A stretch of DNA of 64,000 nt from an uncultured delta proteobacterium (GCA_963781715.1 CAWAGW010000022.1:50095-114094); one strand, 5' to 3'. Positions 30,100 to 40,848 are shown, numbered from the stretch's first letter. Notes: generated by a model from the letters alone, not told the origin. Program-made: numbers and translations.

Positions 30100-30202
30100 G
30101 TTGGGAGTGAACCCGAACGGATACTGGTCAACAGAGGAAAATGGTTCAGCAGAGGGGAATTGTAACTTTTCATCAGAATGGAAGCAGCCCAAGGAGGCAA
30201 AA

Positions 30203-31241
30203 ATGCTTGTGGTAATGAACAAAACGGCAACTCCGGCAGAAGTAGATTCCGTGGTTGCCGCAATTGAAGCAAAAGGATTAACGGCCCGCCCCATTCCTGG
30301 CGGTCAAAGGGTCGCAATTGGTGTTTTGCACAACCAGGGCCACATCGATGCTTCTCCCTTCCTGGGGTTGCCTGGAGTGAAGGAGGTGATCCCGGTTACG
30401 CGGCCTTATAAGCTGGTAAGCCGGGAATTTCAGCCGGACGACAGTGTCATCCAGGTGGACGAGATATCGATCGGCAACGGTCATCTAACAATTATTGCAG
30501 GTCCGTGTGCCATTGAGAGCGAACAGCAGGCTTTGACAATTGCAAAGCTTGTCAAGCATGCAGGTGCGCAGCTCTTCAGAGGCGGAGCATTTAAGCCCCG
30601 CACTTCTCCTTATGCATTTCAAGGGCTTGGAGAGGAAGGGCTGAAAATCCTGGCGCGAGTGAGAGGATGAAACGGGTATGCCGGTGGTAACTGAGGCTAT
30701 GGATCATGAAGTCTTCGATCTGGTGGAAGAGTATGCCGATGTGGTTCAGATCGGAACCCGCAACATGCAAAATTTCAGTCTGCTGCGTCGGGCCGGCCGC
30801 ACGAATAAAGCAATCCTACTGAAACGGGGACTTTCAGCAACAATTGAAGAATGGCTTATGGCTGCAGAATACATTATGGAAGCGGGCAATCCGAAAGTGA
30901 TTCTCTGTGAAAGAGGAGTTCGCACATTCGCTCATCACAGCCGCAACACTCTCGATCTTTCAGCCGTGCCGGTCGTTCAAAAAGAAAGTCATTTACCGAT
31001 CATTATCGACCCCAGTCACGCGGCCGGACGGCGTGACCAGGTTATTCCGTTAAGCCGGGCGGCCGTTGCCGTGGGAGCTCATGGACTTATGGTTGAGGTG
31101 CATCATCAACCCGAAACTGCACTGAGCGATGGTGCTCAGTCCCTGTATCCGGAGCAGTTTACGGAACTATGCGCCCAAGTTGCCCCGATTTTCAAAATCT
31201 TTCGGCCCAACGGCGTCACTTCCGTTGCGTCGATAGCTTGA
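30203..31241 (+). pseudogene. aroF: DAHP synthase (type I-beta, N-terminal regulatory domain) split by a 1-nt insertion near 30664; pseudogene or sequencing error
   Basis: IAGPCAIES and RGGAFKPRTSPYAFQG in one frame; [14 protein letters not shown] and IDPSH in the +1 frame; removing one base from GTGAGAGGATGAAACG gives VRDETGMP. Confidence 0.88.
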
Positions 31242-31368
31242 TGGCATAGGCCTGTGCATATCTGGCAGGCTAAAGCCCGCACTTTAGAGGATCTGAAGTG
31301 CCGCCTGTAGACCGCTGACTCGAGTGTTTCAATATTAGTTGTTCTCCATCCGTAAAGTCCTGTTCGCA

Positions 31369-31436
31369 TGCAGCGCAGCCCCTTGAGGCTGCTTGTGTTA
31401 GTCCCGCCCGCAGCGGGACTAAAGCCCTGCACCACA
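31369..31436. repeat. GTAG-type REP pair (GCGCAG..TAAAGCCCTGC) with a nested GTCCCGC..GCGGGAC palindrome; relatives at 58793-58845 and 61642-61665
   Basis: Similar to tagcgcagggctttagcc..ggctgaagcctcgcgctac. Confidence 0.5.
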
Positions 31437-31474
31437 GGGTTTCCGGATGAAAACCAGTTGGGGGGAAAAAAATA

Positions 31475-32956
31475 ATGAAAATCAGATTGTATCCGGATAA
31501 GGACGAGTTCCTGAAATTAGCCGCACGGGGCAACCTGGTGCCCGTGTGCTTAGAAATTCTGGCGGATGCTGAAACGCCGGTTTCTGCGCTGGCCAAGTTC
31601 TACCGCGGGGACGGACCTCTTTTTTTGCTTGAAAGTATGGAAGGAGGAGAACGTTGGGGTCGGTACAGTTTCCTGGGAACTTCTGCTCAAGGACAAATCC
31701 GAGTCTTCGCAGACATGGTGGAGGTAGAAAATGGAACATCAAAACAGCAAATACCCCACCAGGGTGATCCTCTATCGGTATTGCGTTCGCTTATGGCGCA
31801 ATACAAGCCGGTTTCTCTGCCCGGACTTCCTCGTTTCTGGGGGGGCATCGTGGGCTATTTGACGTATGAAATGGTTTCTTTTTTTGAAGCCATTCAGAAT
31901 ATGCTTCCTGCCGATAAGCCGCTGGCTCACTTTATCCTGCCGGATCAATTGCTGATCTTTGACAACATCCGTCACACCATGACTTTGGTTGCGTATGCTT
32001 TTCTGGACGGGGAAGACCCTGCCCGGGTCTATGAGGACTGCCTGCTGCGTCTCGATGGAATGCAGGGTACCCTGAATCAGCCTATTGCAATAGAACAAAA
32101 AACCGCGATTCCTCCCTGCAAGCTAAGGTATCGGATTGACCCCGAATCATTTCGCTCTCAGGTCAGGAGGGTCAAAGATCATGTGGCTGCAGGAGACATC
32201 ATACAGGCCGTAATCTCACAACCCTTCGAATGCTCCCCTCCCCCAGACCCTTGGTGGCTTTATCGTGGTCAGCGCTACATCAATCCATCCCCATATCTCT
32301 TTTTCCTGCATTTGGGGGACACCGTTTTGGTCGGGTCGTCACCAGAAACCATGGTTCGACTTGAAAATGGAGTCGCCACCTTACGTCCTATTGCGGGAAC
32401 CAAGCCAAGAGGCAAAACCGAGCAGGAAGACAGGCAGCTCGCTGATGAACTATTGCAGGATCCTAAAGAAAGGGCGGAGCACCTGATGCTGGTCGACCTC
32501 GGTCGAAATGACCTTGGCAGAGTAGCCGAAATAGGGACGGTCCAGGTTACCGACCTGATGATCGTAGAGCGATATTCTCACGTGATGCATCTTGTTTCCA
32601 ACATTTCCTGCGATCTCAAGACTGACTGCGATGCATGGGATCTTCTACGAGCGACCTTTCCGGCGGGAACTCTGTCGGGGGCACCCAAAGTAAGGGCAAT
32701 GGAGATTATTTCGGACATGGAAAGAGAACCCCGAGGACCGTATGGCGGGGCTATTGGTTATATCTCCTTTACCGGCAACATGGATCTTGCCATCACCATT
32801 CGCACAGCCTGCATCCAGGACGAAAAGCTTACAGTTAGGGCCGGCGCCGGTATAGTCGCCGATTCCGATCCCGAGCGAGAAAGACAGGAAACGGTAAACA
32901 AGGCTATGGCTATCGATAGGGCGCTTCAATTAATCAGGGAAGCGGCAAATTCATGA
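31475..32956 (+). CDS. trpE: Anthranilate synthase component I
   Basis: LLESMEGGERWGRYS, NPSPY, AEHLMLVDLGRND, GAPKVRAM. Confidence 0.96.
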   Translation: MKIRLYPDKDEFLKLAARGNLVPVCLEILADAETPVSALAKFYRGDGPLFLLESMEGGERWGRYSFLGTSAQGQIRVFADMVEVENGTSKQQIPHQGDPLSVLRSLMAQYKPVSLPGLPRFWGGIVGYLTYEMVSFFEAIQNMLPADKPLAHFILPDQLLIFDNIRHTMTLVAYAFLDGEDPARVYEDCLLRLDGMQGTLNQPIAIEQKTAIPPCKLRYRIDPESFRSQVRRVKDHVAAGDIIQAVISQPFECSPPPDPWWLYRGQRYINPSPYLFFLHLGDTVLVGSSPETMVRLENGVATLRPIAGTKPRGKTEQEDRQLADELLQDPKERAEHLMLVDLGRNDLGRVAEIGTVQVTDLMIVERYSHVMHLVSNISCDLKTDCDAWDLLRATFPAGTLSGAPKVRAMEIISDMEREPRGPYGGAIGYISFTGNMDLAITIRTACIQDEKLTVRAGAGIVADSDPERERQETVNKAMAIDRALQLIREAANS

Positions 32957-32981
32957 GAAGTTACTCAGATTGGAGGTCGTC

Positions 32982-33566
32982 ATGATTGTAATGATTGATA
33001 ACTACGATTCCTTTACCTATAATCTTGTCCAATACTTACAAATGCTTGGTGCGGACGTGAAAGTCGTCCGCAACGACGTGGTTACTGTCGAGGACGTCAA
33101 ATCATGGAAGCCCAAAGGGATAGTAATTTCTCCGGGACCCGGCGGACCGGAATCGGCCGGAATTTCTGTTTCTTTGATTCAAGAATGTTCAGGTCAAATT
33201 CCTATCCTGGGCGTTTGCCTCGGCCACCAGGCCATAGCAGTCGCTTTTGGCGGTAAAGTTATCCGGGCGATGCATCTGATGCATGGCAAAGTCTCCACAG
33301 TGACAACAGACGGTGAATCTCTTTACCAGGGAGTCCGTTCTCCATTTCAGGCTATGCGTTATCATTCTCTCGCTGTTTCAAAAGAGCAATTGCCATCCTG
33401 TCTGCAAGTTACAGCGCATGCAGAAGACGGAGAAATCATGGGCATTCGGCATTTAGAGCATCCGACCGAGGGAATCCAATTTCATCCCGAATCCATTATG
33501 ACCCCGGTAGGCAAAAGGCTGCTCCGGAATTTTTTGAATAATGCGAACGGTTCGGGCAAAGAGTGA
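32982..33566 (+). CDS. trpG: Anthranilate synthase component II (glutamine amidotransferase)
   Basis: IDNYDSFTYNL, GVCLGHQ, QFHPES. Confidence 0.95.
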   Translation: MIVMIDNYDSFTYNLVQYLQMLGADVKVVRNDVVTVEDVKSWKPKGIVISPGPGGPESAGISVSLIQECSGQIPILGVCLGHQAIAVAFGGKVIRAMHLMHGKVSTVTTDGESLYQGVRSPFQAMRYHSLAVSKEQLPSCLQVTAHAEDGEIMGIRHLEHPTEGIQFHPESIMTPVGKRLLRNFLNNANGSGKE

Positions 33567-33600
33567 ACCCAAATTTTTTTGGGAAAGGAGAGTTTAGCTA

Positions 33601-34620
33601 ATGATTCAGGAAACGGTTAAGAAAATCACTCAGAAGCAGGATCTGGATGAAACTGAAATGGCGGAAGTGATGACGGAAATAATGTCCGGCAATGCTACCG
33701 ATGCTCAAATTGGAGCATTGATGGCGGCTCTTGCTACCAAGGGTGAAACTTTTTCGGAACTTGCCGGTGCTGCCAGGGCCATGAGGCGCAAGGCCACCAG
33801 AGTACAGGCTTCGGCCGATACCGTTGTCGATACTTGCGGGACGGGTGGAGACAGAGCGCATACCTTCAATATTTCTACAACCGCCGCTTTTGTTGTGGCA
33901 GGCTGTGGAGTGACGGTTGCAAAACACGGCAACCGCTCCGTTTCGAGCCAGTGCGGCAGTGCCGATCTGCTTGAGGCCTTGGGCATGCGCCTGGACGTAG
34001 TGCCCGAAGTGGTTGAGGAGGCAGTTCAGGAAATAGGTATAGGATTTTTGTTCGCTCCCCTCTTTCACGGAGCGATGCGGTATGCAGCCAAAGCGCGTAA
34101 GGAAGTGGGCATCCGTTCCATATTCAACATGCTCGGGCCATTGACTAATCCTGCCGGGGCCAACTGCCAGTTGCTTGGAGTATACGCTCCGGAATTGACG
34201 GAAATGTTTGCCGAAGCCCTGCGTTTGCTCGGCAGTCGCAGAGCATTCATAGTGCATGGCCATGACGGGCTGGATGAGATCACGATTTGCGCTCCTACGC
34301 GCGTTTCGGAGCTGAATGACGGCCTTATCAAAACCTACGACCTGACGCCGGATCAACTCCTGGGAAGAAGTGCACAACCGAAAGATCTGGAGGGAGGCGA
34401 CCCAGCCCAAAATGCCGAAATTACCAAGCAAATTTTTTCGGGTGAAAAGGGACCCAAGCGGGATGTGGTTGTGGTGAATGCAGCGGCTGCACTTATTGCA
34501 GCGGGCGTCGCCGGAGACTTTGCGGATGGAATCAAACAGGCTGAAAACGCAATCGATTCCGGCTCGGCCGCGGCCAAGCTAGATGCACTCATCCAGTACA
34601 CCAACGACAATGCGCCGTAA
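33601..34620 (+). CDS. trpD: Anthranilate phosphoribosyltransferase
   Basis: DTCGTGGD, FNIST, KHGNRSVSS. Confidence 0.97.
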   Translation: MIQETVKKITQKQDLDETEMAEVMTEIMSGNATDAQIGALMAALATKGETFSELAGAARAMRRKATRVQASADTVVDTCGTGGDRAHTFNISTTAAFVVAGCGVTVAKHGNRSVSSQCGSADLLEALGMRLDVVPEVVEEAVQEIGIGFLFAPLFHGAMRYAAKARKEVGIRSIFNMLGPLTNPAGANCQLLGVYAPELTEMFAEALRLLGSRRAFIVHGHDGLDEITICAPTRVSELNDGLIKTYDLTPDQLLGRSAQPKDLEGGDPAQNAEITKQIFSGEKGPKRDVVVVNAAAALIAAGVAGDFADGIKQAENAIDSGSAAAKLDALIQYTNDNAP

Positions 34621-34858
34621 TTTGTCCCGAGGCTAGAATGTTCAGTTTCACCCAAATCATCTGTCGTTTTGTTTCGCTGCACTCAACGCAACCTATGGAA
34701 AAGCACGATGCAGAACTCGCTATTCCATCCTTAACGAGTATGACGTGAATCTTTTGCCGTTCCCGTCCGGAAACCCTGGGTTCCTCTCCCCTCGAGGGAG
34801 AGAGGTTAGGTGAGGGGGTGTAAATTCCGGATGTAGAACAAGTCAAAAAGAGTCCAAC

Positions 34859-35656
34859 ATGAGATCAGATTTTTTGGTTACGATCCTCGAGAAAAAAAGA
34901 GAAGAGCTAGAAAAGGCGCGCAAGAAAGTTCCCGAAAATCAACTGCGGCTCGAAGCGGAAAAGCCGCGAGAACGACGCCCTTTCCTCGAAAAACTGTCTA
35001 CTCCGGGCCCTCACGGGGCAAATATTATTGCCGAAATCAAGCGGGGTTCACCCTCTCGTGGCAAAATCAGAGGGTCACTGGACCCTGCCGAATATGCACA
35101 ATCATATGAGCGCGGAGGCGCGGCAGCTTTATCCGTCCTCACGGATGAGACTTTCTTTTTTGGCAGTTTTGAGGATTTGAGGAAAGCTCGCGCAACAGTC
35201 CATCTGCCAGTTCTAAGAAAGGATTTCATTCTCTCCAGCTACCAAATTTATGAAGGTACCGCCCTGGGGGCCGATGCCGTTTTGCTGATCGTAAGGGCAC
35301 TCACTTCGGAACAATTGAGAAGTTATTTGCAGCTCTGTGCAGAACTGCGATTGGACGCCCTCGTCGAGGTACACTCTGAAAAAGAACTTGATGCCGCAAC
35401 GCAATCGGGAGCACGCTTAATCGGGATTAATAACCGCGACTTGACTACATTTACAACAGACATCCAAACGTCGGTTCGAATGGCACGCTACCTGGATGCA
35501 GATCAAATCGCGGTGGCAGAAAGCGGCATTCACGGTCGAGAACAAATTGAAAAACTGCTGGAAGCCGGGATATGGAATTTTCTCATCGGCGAGAGTCTGG
35601 TCAAAGCCGAGGATCCTTCGTTGTTTTTGAAACACCTTCTGGGGCGATCGAGTTAA
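34859..35656 (+). CDS. trpC: Indole-3-glycerol phosphate synthase
   Basis: IAEIKRGSPS, LRKDFI, GINNRDL, AESGI. Confidence 0.96.
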   Translation: MRSDFLVTILEKKREELEKARKKVPENQLRLEAEKPRERRPFLEKLSTPGPHGANIIAEIKRGSPSRGKIRGSLDPAEYAQSYERGGAAALSVLTDETFFFGSFEDLRKARATVHLPVLRKDFILSSYQIYEGTALGADAVLLIVRALTSEQLRSYLQLCAELRLDALVEVHSEKELDAATQSGARLIGINNRDLTTFTTDIQTSVRMARYLDADQIAVAESGIHGREQIEKLLEAGIWNFLIGESLVKAEDPSLFLKHLLGRSS

Positions 35657-35727
35657 CTCCTCCTGCAATGCAGCACTACGAAAGAGACCTATATGTCTGC
35701 TTTTTTCACAATCTCTAAGGTTGAGTT

Positions 35728-36426
35728 ATGAATGCTTTAACTTCTTCAAATAATACGAGCAAACTGTTGACCGCCGCGCCTCAGGTGAAAATTTGTGGTC
35801 TTACCCGCCCAGATCAGGCGCTGGCCTGTGCAGAACTAGGAGCGGTAGCCATCGGCTGCGTTTTCTATCCTCCCAGTCCTCGATGTGTAACCGACGAACA
35901 AGCCGAAGAGATTTGCCGCCGGCTTCCCTCGCATGTTTGTTCGGTTGGGGTCTTCGTTAACGATACTTTCGAGGCGATTATGCATAAGGTCAAACAATGC
36001 GGTTTAAAGGCTGTGCAGTTGCATGGGCAGGAAGGCCCCGAGCTGACGGAAGACTTGCTGAAAGAAGGTCTTTTGGTGATTAGGGGACTCTATATAAATA
36101 AACAGCCTTCCATTGAATCTGCGGATTCGTACAAAGCAAGTGCATATCTGGTGGAATGTGCTGGTGGACCATTGCCCGGTGGCAACGCCCTGGCTTGGGA
36201 TTGGAGCTCGGCCGCTGAAATCTGCCGGCAAAAACCGGTGGTTTTGGCGGGGGGGCTCAATCCTGAAAATGTTTACCACGCGATAAATGCGGCCTTGCCG
36301 GCTGCCGTGGATGTCAGCTCAGGAGTCGAAGCCGCACCCGGAATAAAAGATATCGGCAAGGTAAAAGCATTCCTGGAAGCCGTCGAAAAAACGAGCTTGC
36401 CCAAAAGCCCTCACAAGATATTCTAA
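35728..36426 (+). CDS. trpF: Phosphoribosylanthranilate isomerase
   Basis: VKICGLT, VQLHG, LAGGL, VDVSSGVE. Confidence 0.95.
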   Translation: MNALTSSNNTSKLLTAAPQVKICGLTRPDQALACAELGAVAIGCVFYPPSPRCVTDEQAEEICRRLPSHVCSVGVFVNDTFEAIMHKVKQCGLKAVQLHGQEGPELTEDLLKEGLLVIRGLYINKQPSIESADSYKASAYLVECAGGPLPGGNALAWDWSSAAEICRQKPVVLAGGLNPENVYHAINAALPAAVDVSSGVEAAPGIKDIGKVKAFLEAVEKTSLPKSPHKIF

Positions 36427-36599
36427 TAAGCCCAACCCAACGGTATTGTAGTAAGAGCGTGAACCGTTTAAGATATTTCTCTGCACTGTGCCTTTCGTCC
36501 TATGATACTAAGAGCAAGGATGATCTATTTTGTAGATACGATTTTAGATATTCGAATTTGATGCAGTGTTCGACCGCCCGATGCTTCATATTCGTCTAA

Positions 36600-37772
36600 A
36601 TGGAGACCCAACAAATGCCTGGTATTGCAACTCGCCTGAATGGTTTTACCGAATCTGTTATCCGGGAAATGACCAGAATTTCGGATAAATATGATGCCAT
36701 AAATCTTTCGCAGGGTTTTCCCGACTTTGACCCGCCCGCCGAATTGCTTGCAGCCGCAAAACGTGCCATCGATGACGGCCATCATCAATACGCCATCACC
36801 TGGGGAGCCCCTCGTTTTCGCGAAGCATTAGCCCGTAAACAAAGTCAATGGATGGGGCTTGACCTGACTGCCGATGAAAACATTGTAGTGACCTGCGGAA
36901 GCACGGAAGCTATGATGGTGGCAATGATGACGGTGTGCAATCCGGGCGACAAGGTCATCATTTTTTCGCCTTATTACGAAAATTATGGAGCAGACACGAT
37001 CTTGTCCGGCGCTCAACCAATATACGTGCCGCTGCACCCGCCCGGCTTTGAATTCGATCCGGACGAATTGCGCCGGGCCTTTATGCAGGGAGCAAAGGCA
37101 TTGGTGCTTTGTAATCCGTCCAATCCGAGCGGTAAGGTGTTCAGCAAAAAAGAATTGGTCTGTATTGCCGAATTGGCTCAGGAGTTCGACACCTTTGTGA
37201 TCACGGACGAGGTCTATGAGCACATCACCTACGCGCCCCATTTTCACACATATATTGCCAGTCTGCCAGGGATGTTCGAACGTACCATTTCCTGCAGTTC
37301 CCTGTCCAAAACCTATTCCATAACCGGCTGGCGCTTGGGATATGTGATCGCCTCACCCGTTGTGATCAACGGGGCCAGAAAAGTACATGATTTTCTAACC
37401 GTTGGTGCGGCCGCACCCTTGCAGGAAGCTGCCGTAACGGCTTTGAATTTTCCTTTGAGCTACTATGAACAACTGCAATCGGACTACACTCGTAAACGGG
37501 ATCACTTTCTGAGTTTTCTTGATCGAACCGGGTTGCCATATACCTCACCACAAGGAGCCTATTATGTACTGGCTGACATAACCAGTTTCGGCAGCAAGGA
37601 CGACATGGAGTTCTGTCGCTGGCTGGCAAAAGAAATTGGGGTGGCAACTGTACCCGGCTCCAGCTTTTTCCATGAACCCGTCAAAAACTTTATTCGGCTC
37701 CACTTTGCAAAAAAGGAAGCGACCCTGACGGAGGCTGGAGAGCGCTTACTGCGGCTCAAAGAAAAGGGCTGA
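36600..37772 (+). CDS. PLP-dependent class I/II aminotransferase
   Basis: NLSQGFPDF, NPSNPSG, DEVY, SLSKTYSITGWRLGY. Confidence 0.93.
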   Translation: METQQMPGIATRLNGFTESVIREMTRISDKYDAINLSQGFPDFDPPAELLAAAKRAIDDGHHQYAITWGAPRFREALARKQSQWMGLDLTADENIVVTCGSTEAMMVAMMTVCNPGDKVIIFSPYYENYGADTILSGAQPIYVPLHPPGFEFDPDELRRAFMQGAKALVLCNPSNPSGKVFSKKELVCIAELAQEFDTFVITDEVYEHITYAPHFHTYIASLPGMFERTISCSSLSKTYSITGWRLGYVIASPVVINGARKVHDFLTVGAAAPLQEAAVTALNFPLSYYEQLQSDYTRKRDHFLSFLDRTGLPYTSPQGAYYVLADITSFGSKDDMEFCRWLAKEIGVATVPGSSFFHEPVKNFIRLHFAKKEATLTEAGERLLRLKEKG

Positions 37773-37861
37773 ATGATTTTGCTCGTATCATGCCTGGTCG
37801 TGTGGTATCACATCCAAAACTAGATAGTCTGCTCTACCTCTAAAGCATCGGGCATTCAGCC

Positions 37862-39700
37862 ATGATTTGGACCCTGCGGCGAAAGATCCTGATCGGCTAC
37901 AGCATATTTCTTGCGCTGACCATCGTGGTATTTCTGCTGGCCCTCTTCCACCTGTTGAAGCTGGGGCGAGCGACCAATGCCATTTTGAGCGAGAATTACA
38001 AGAGCATTCTCGCCGCCGAAAACATGATTGACGCCATTGAGCGCCAGGACAGCGCGGCATTACTGGTGTTGCTCGGCTACGACCAGGAAGGCCTCACTCA
38101 GTATCGGGAAAATGAGAGCCAGTTTCTGCAATGGCTCGCACGTGCTAAAGACAACATCACCATCGAAGGTGAAAACAAAATCATTGCCTCCATCGATCAG
38201 GATTATTCATCCTATCTCGTGCAATTCTCTCGACTCATCGAAGCTGTACATTCGACAACCCAGAAGGCTGCGGCATACTATCATGAAACCATGCTGGTAA
38301 CCTTCAAGCGGGTACGCAACGCATGTATCGATCTAAGGGAGATCAACAGCCAGACCATGTTTCAGGCAAGCGATAGAGCGCAGAACATTGCCCACAGGGC
38401 CATTATTTCCATGACCATCATCGGTTTTGTTGCGTTGGTCGCAGGGCTTGGATTCAGTTTGCTGCTTTCCAATCTGTTGGTGAAACCGCTTCGGTCCATG
38501 CTTCAAGCCACCAAACAGCTTGCTGAGGGCCGCTATGATGTGAAGGTCACAACCAGCTCCAGTGACGAGCTCGGACACCTCGCCCATGAGTTCAACACCA
38601 TGGCAGGGAAGCTCAAAGCTTACCACGACCTGAATATCTGGGAAATGTTGGCCGAGAAAAGAAAAAGTGCGGCAATCATTCGCAGCATTGATGACGGAAT
38701 CATTGTGGTAGATTCCGAGCTCAGGGTAACCAACATTAATCCTGCGGCGGCCAGAGCGCTCGATGTCGAGCCCGAGAAAGTCCAAAACAAACACTTCCTT
38801 GAAGTCGTCAAGAATGAGCAGCTGTTCGAGTATGTCAAGAGCTCCATCGAGACGGGTGTGCCTCCCAGAATAGAAGAAAATCAGAATATTTTCACGCTGG
38901 ATCGATGTGATGCACTGTGCCACTTCCAATTTTCCATCACCCCCATGCAGGCACAAGGCGACTCCAGACCAGGGATCGTATTGCTCCTGCGCGACGTAAC
39001 CAAGCTGAAGGAGCTCGATCGGCTCAAGAGCGAATTTGTGATGGCCGCCTCCCATGAGCTGAGAACACCTCTGATGAGCATGGGCATGAGTATCGATCTG
39101 CTGCTGGAAAAGAGCGGCCAGAAGCTGGACGAAAGGGAGCAGCAGCTTCTCGAGGTGGCGCACGAGGAACTACAGCGTCTGAAAGTACTCGTAAACAACC
39201 TGCTGGATCTGTCTAAAATTGAAGCGGGCAAGATGCAGATGGAACTGGAGCCCGTGCCGGTCGGCATTCTTTTGGAGAAGGCAGTGGCAGTGCTGAAAGC
39301 ACAGGCCGAAAGCAAAACTGTGGAGCTCTCCTTCGATGACCCGAAAGACCTGCCGAGAGTAGCGGCAGATGCCAACAAAATTACCTGGGTTTTGACAAAC
39401 CTCATATCGAATGCTTTGCGCTACACTGAAAGCGGCGGCCACATCCGCCTGCTTGTCGAGCGTTTTGGATCGCAGATTCATATCTCCGTCCGCGATAACG
39501 GTTCCGGTATTCCTTATGAATATCAGTCCACGATTTTTGATAAATTCGTTCAGGTGAAAGGAGACAAAACTCCAGGGGGCAGTGGACTCGGGTTGGCCAT
39601 TTGCAAAGAAATTGTGCGCGCACACGGCGGTTCGATATGGGTGGAGTCCATACCGGGTGAAGGGAGCACTTTTACTTTTACACTTCCCATTGAAGGATGA
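37862..39700 (+). CDS. Sensor histidine kinase (four-helix periplasmic sensor, HAMP, PAS)
   Basis: ENYKSILAAENM, ASHELRTPL, NLISNALRY, GSGLGLAI. Confidence 0.93.
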   Translation: MIWTLRRKILIGYSIFLALTIVVFLLALFHLLKLGRATNAILSENYKSILAAENMIDAIERQDSAALLVLLGYDQEGLTQYRENESQFLQWLARAKDNITIEGENKIIASIDQDYSSYLVQFSRLIEAVHSTTQKAAAYYHETMLVTFKRVRNACIDLREINSQTMFQASDRAQNIAHRAIISMTIIGFVALVAGLGFSLLLSNLLVKPLRSMLQATKQLAEGRYDVKVTTSSSDELGHLAHEFNTMAGKLKAYHDLNIWEMLAEKRKSAAIIRSIDDGIIVVDSELRVTNINPAAARALDVEPEKVQNKHFLEVVKNEQLFEYVKSSIETGVPPRIEENQNIFTLDRCDALCHFQFSITPMQAQGDSRPGIVLLLRDVTKLKELDRLKSEFVMAASHELRTPLMSMGMSIDLLLEKSGQKLDEREQQLLEVAHEELQRLKVLVNNLLDLSKIEAGKMQMELEPVPVGILLEKAVAVLKAQAESKTVELSFDDPKDLPRVAADANKITWVLTNLISNALRYTESGGHIRLLVERFGSQIHISVRDNGSGIPYEYQSTIFDKFVQVKGDKTPGGSGLGLAICKEIVRAHGGSIWVESIPGEGSTFTFTLPIEG

Positions 39701-39774
39701 TTAAGTTGAATGTTGGATGGGCATTAGGGTGGCATGAGCCTCCTGGCTTGAGTTTATAGTCGTTTGGAACTTCC

Positions 39775-39851
39775 ACCGCAGTAAACGCCGAGGAAGGGAA
39801 AGGCACTCTGGGTGATTTTCAATTCTCTGCGATCTCAGCGTGCTCTGCGGT
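39775..39851. repeat. ACCGCAG..CTGCGGT / ACCACGAA..TTCGTGGT imperfect palindrome family; copies at 43524-43596 and 44262-44336, half copy near 57566-57592
   Basis: Inverted ACCGCAG/CTGCGGT or ACCACGAA/TTCGTGGT arms in several intergenic gaps. Confidence 0.6.
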
Positions 39852-39873
39852 AAATTCGATTCCGGAGGACGCA

Positions 39874-40578
39874 GTGGAAGAGAAACGCATTCTGATAGTC
39901 GATGATGAAAAGAATATCCGATTAACCTTGTCGCAGGCGCTGGGAACCTTGGGGATGGAAACGGATACGGCTGCCAATGGCGAGGAAGCGCTTGCCAAAC
40001 TCGAACAGACCGACTTCGGACTGATGTTGCTGGATTTCAAGATGCCGGGCATGGACGGAATGGAGGTGCTGGGAAAAGTTCGCGAGCTGCGTCCGGATAT
40101 TAAAGTGATTATTATTACGGCCTTCGGTACTATCGAATCGGCGGTAGAGGCGATGAAGTTGGGAGCGGTGGACTTTATACAGAAACCTTTCGCTCCGGCC
40201 GAGATTCGGGACCTGGTTGCGAAAGTTTTCGACCGAGAAATGTTGGATGAACAGAAAGCCGAAGACTATGCATCCTACTTTGAGCTGGCCAAGAAAGCCA
40301 TCGCCGATAGGCACTTCGATGCAGCCATCGAATACATGCATAAGGCAATCTCTCTGGATCCCGCTCGATCCGAGGCATTCAACCTTCTGGGTGCCCTGCA
40401 GGAAATCAAAGGAGACCGGCTCAACGCACTCAAGAACTACCGTGCGGCATTGTCCCTCGATCCAACGTACGAACCTGCCGCCAAGAATCTTGAACGCGCC
40501 ACCAGCAGAGTGCAAAAAGGGGGCGTCATCTTCGGAGAAGTCAAACGAGCGGATAGCAAGAAAGAGCTAAAGAAGTAG
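39874..40578 (+). CDS. Response regulator with receiver and TPR domains
   Basis: ILIVDDE, LLDFKMPGMDG, QKPF; TPR-like AISLDP..AFNLLG..AALSLDP. Confidence 0.9.
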   Translation: MEEKRILIVDDEKNIRLTLSQALGTLGMETDTAANGEEALAKLEQTDFGLMLLDFKMPGMDGMEVLGKVRELRPDIKVIIITAFGTIESAVEAMKLGAVDFIQKPFAPAEIRDLVAKVFDREMLDEQKAEDYASYFELAKKAIADRHFDAAIEYMHKAISLDPARSEAFNLLGALQEIKGDRLNALKNYRAALSLDPTYEPAAKNLERATSRVQKGGVIFGEVKRADSKKELKK

Positions 40579-40661
40579 AATAGTCATATCGCTAGCTGGT
40601 ATGCATCCAGAAACACCCTCTTCCCCTCAATGCCGGTGAATTAAGGGGAGACTAATCAAAA

Positions 40662-40755
40662 AGTCGCCCTTTGCAAAGGAGGATCTAGGGGGGTTCTGCA
40701 GGAAGATTCGGCCCATTAAGAAATCGCCCCTGGCCCCCCTTAAAAGGAGGGAACT
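40662..40755. repeat. CCCCCTTT..AAAGGGGG..AGGGGG REP-like inverted pair; second copy at 56487-56590
   Basis: gccctttgcaaaggaggatctagggggg..cccctggcccccct versus cccccttttta..aaaggggatttaggggg..tcccctgcccccttt. Confidence 0.65.
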
Positions 40756-40848
40756 GTCCCGCTAATTCAGCAGCATTGCCTCGGGGGTTAGAGGAATCCA
40801 AGTTTTCCGAACGGGCATTATTTGCACTCAAAAGCGAAGGAATAATAA

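Noticed and set aside
30655-30680. Programmed +1 frameshift or Sec read-through in aroF
   Set aside because: The downstream half is in a different frame, so it is not read-through, and no slippery site allowing tRNA re-pairing is visible
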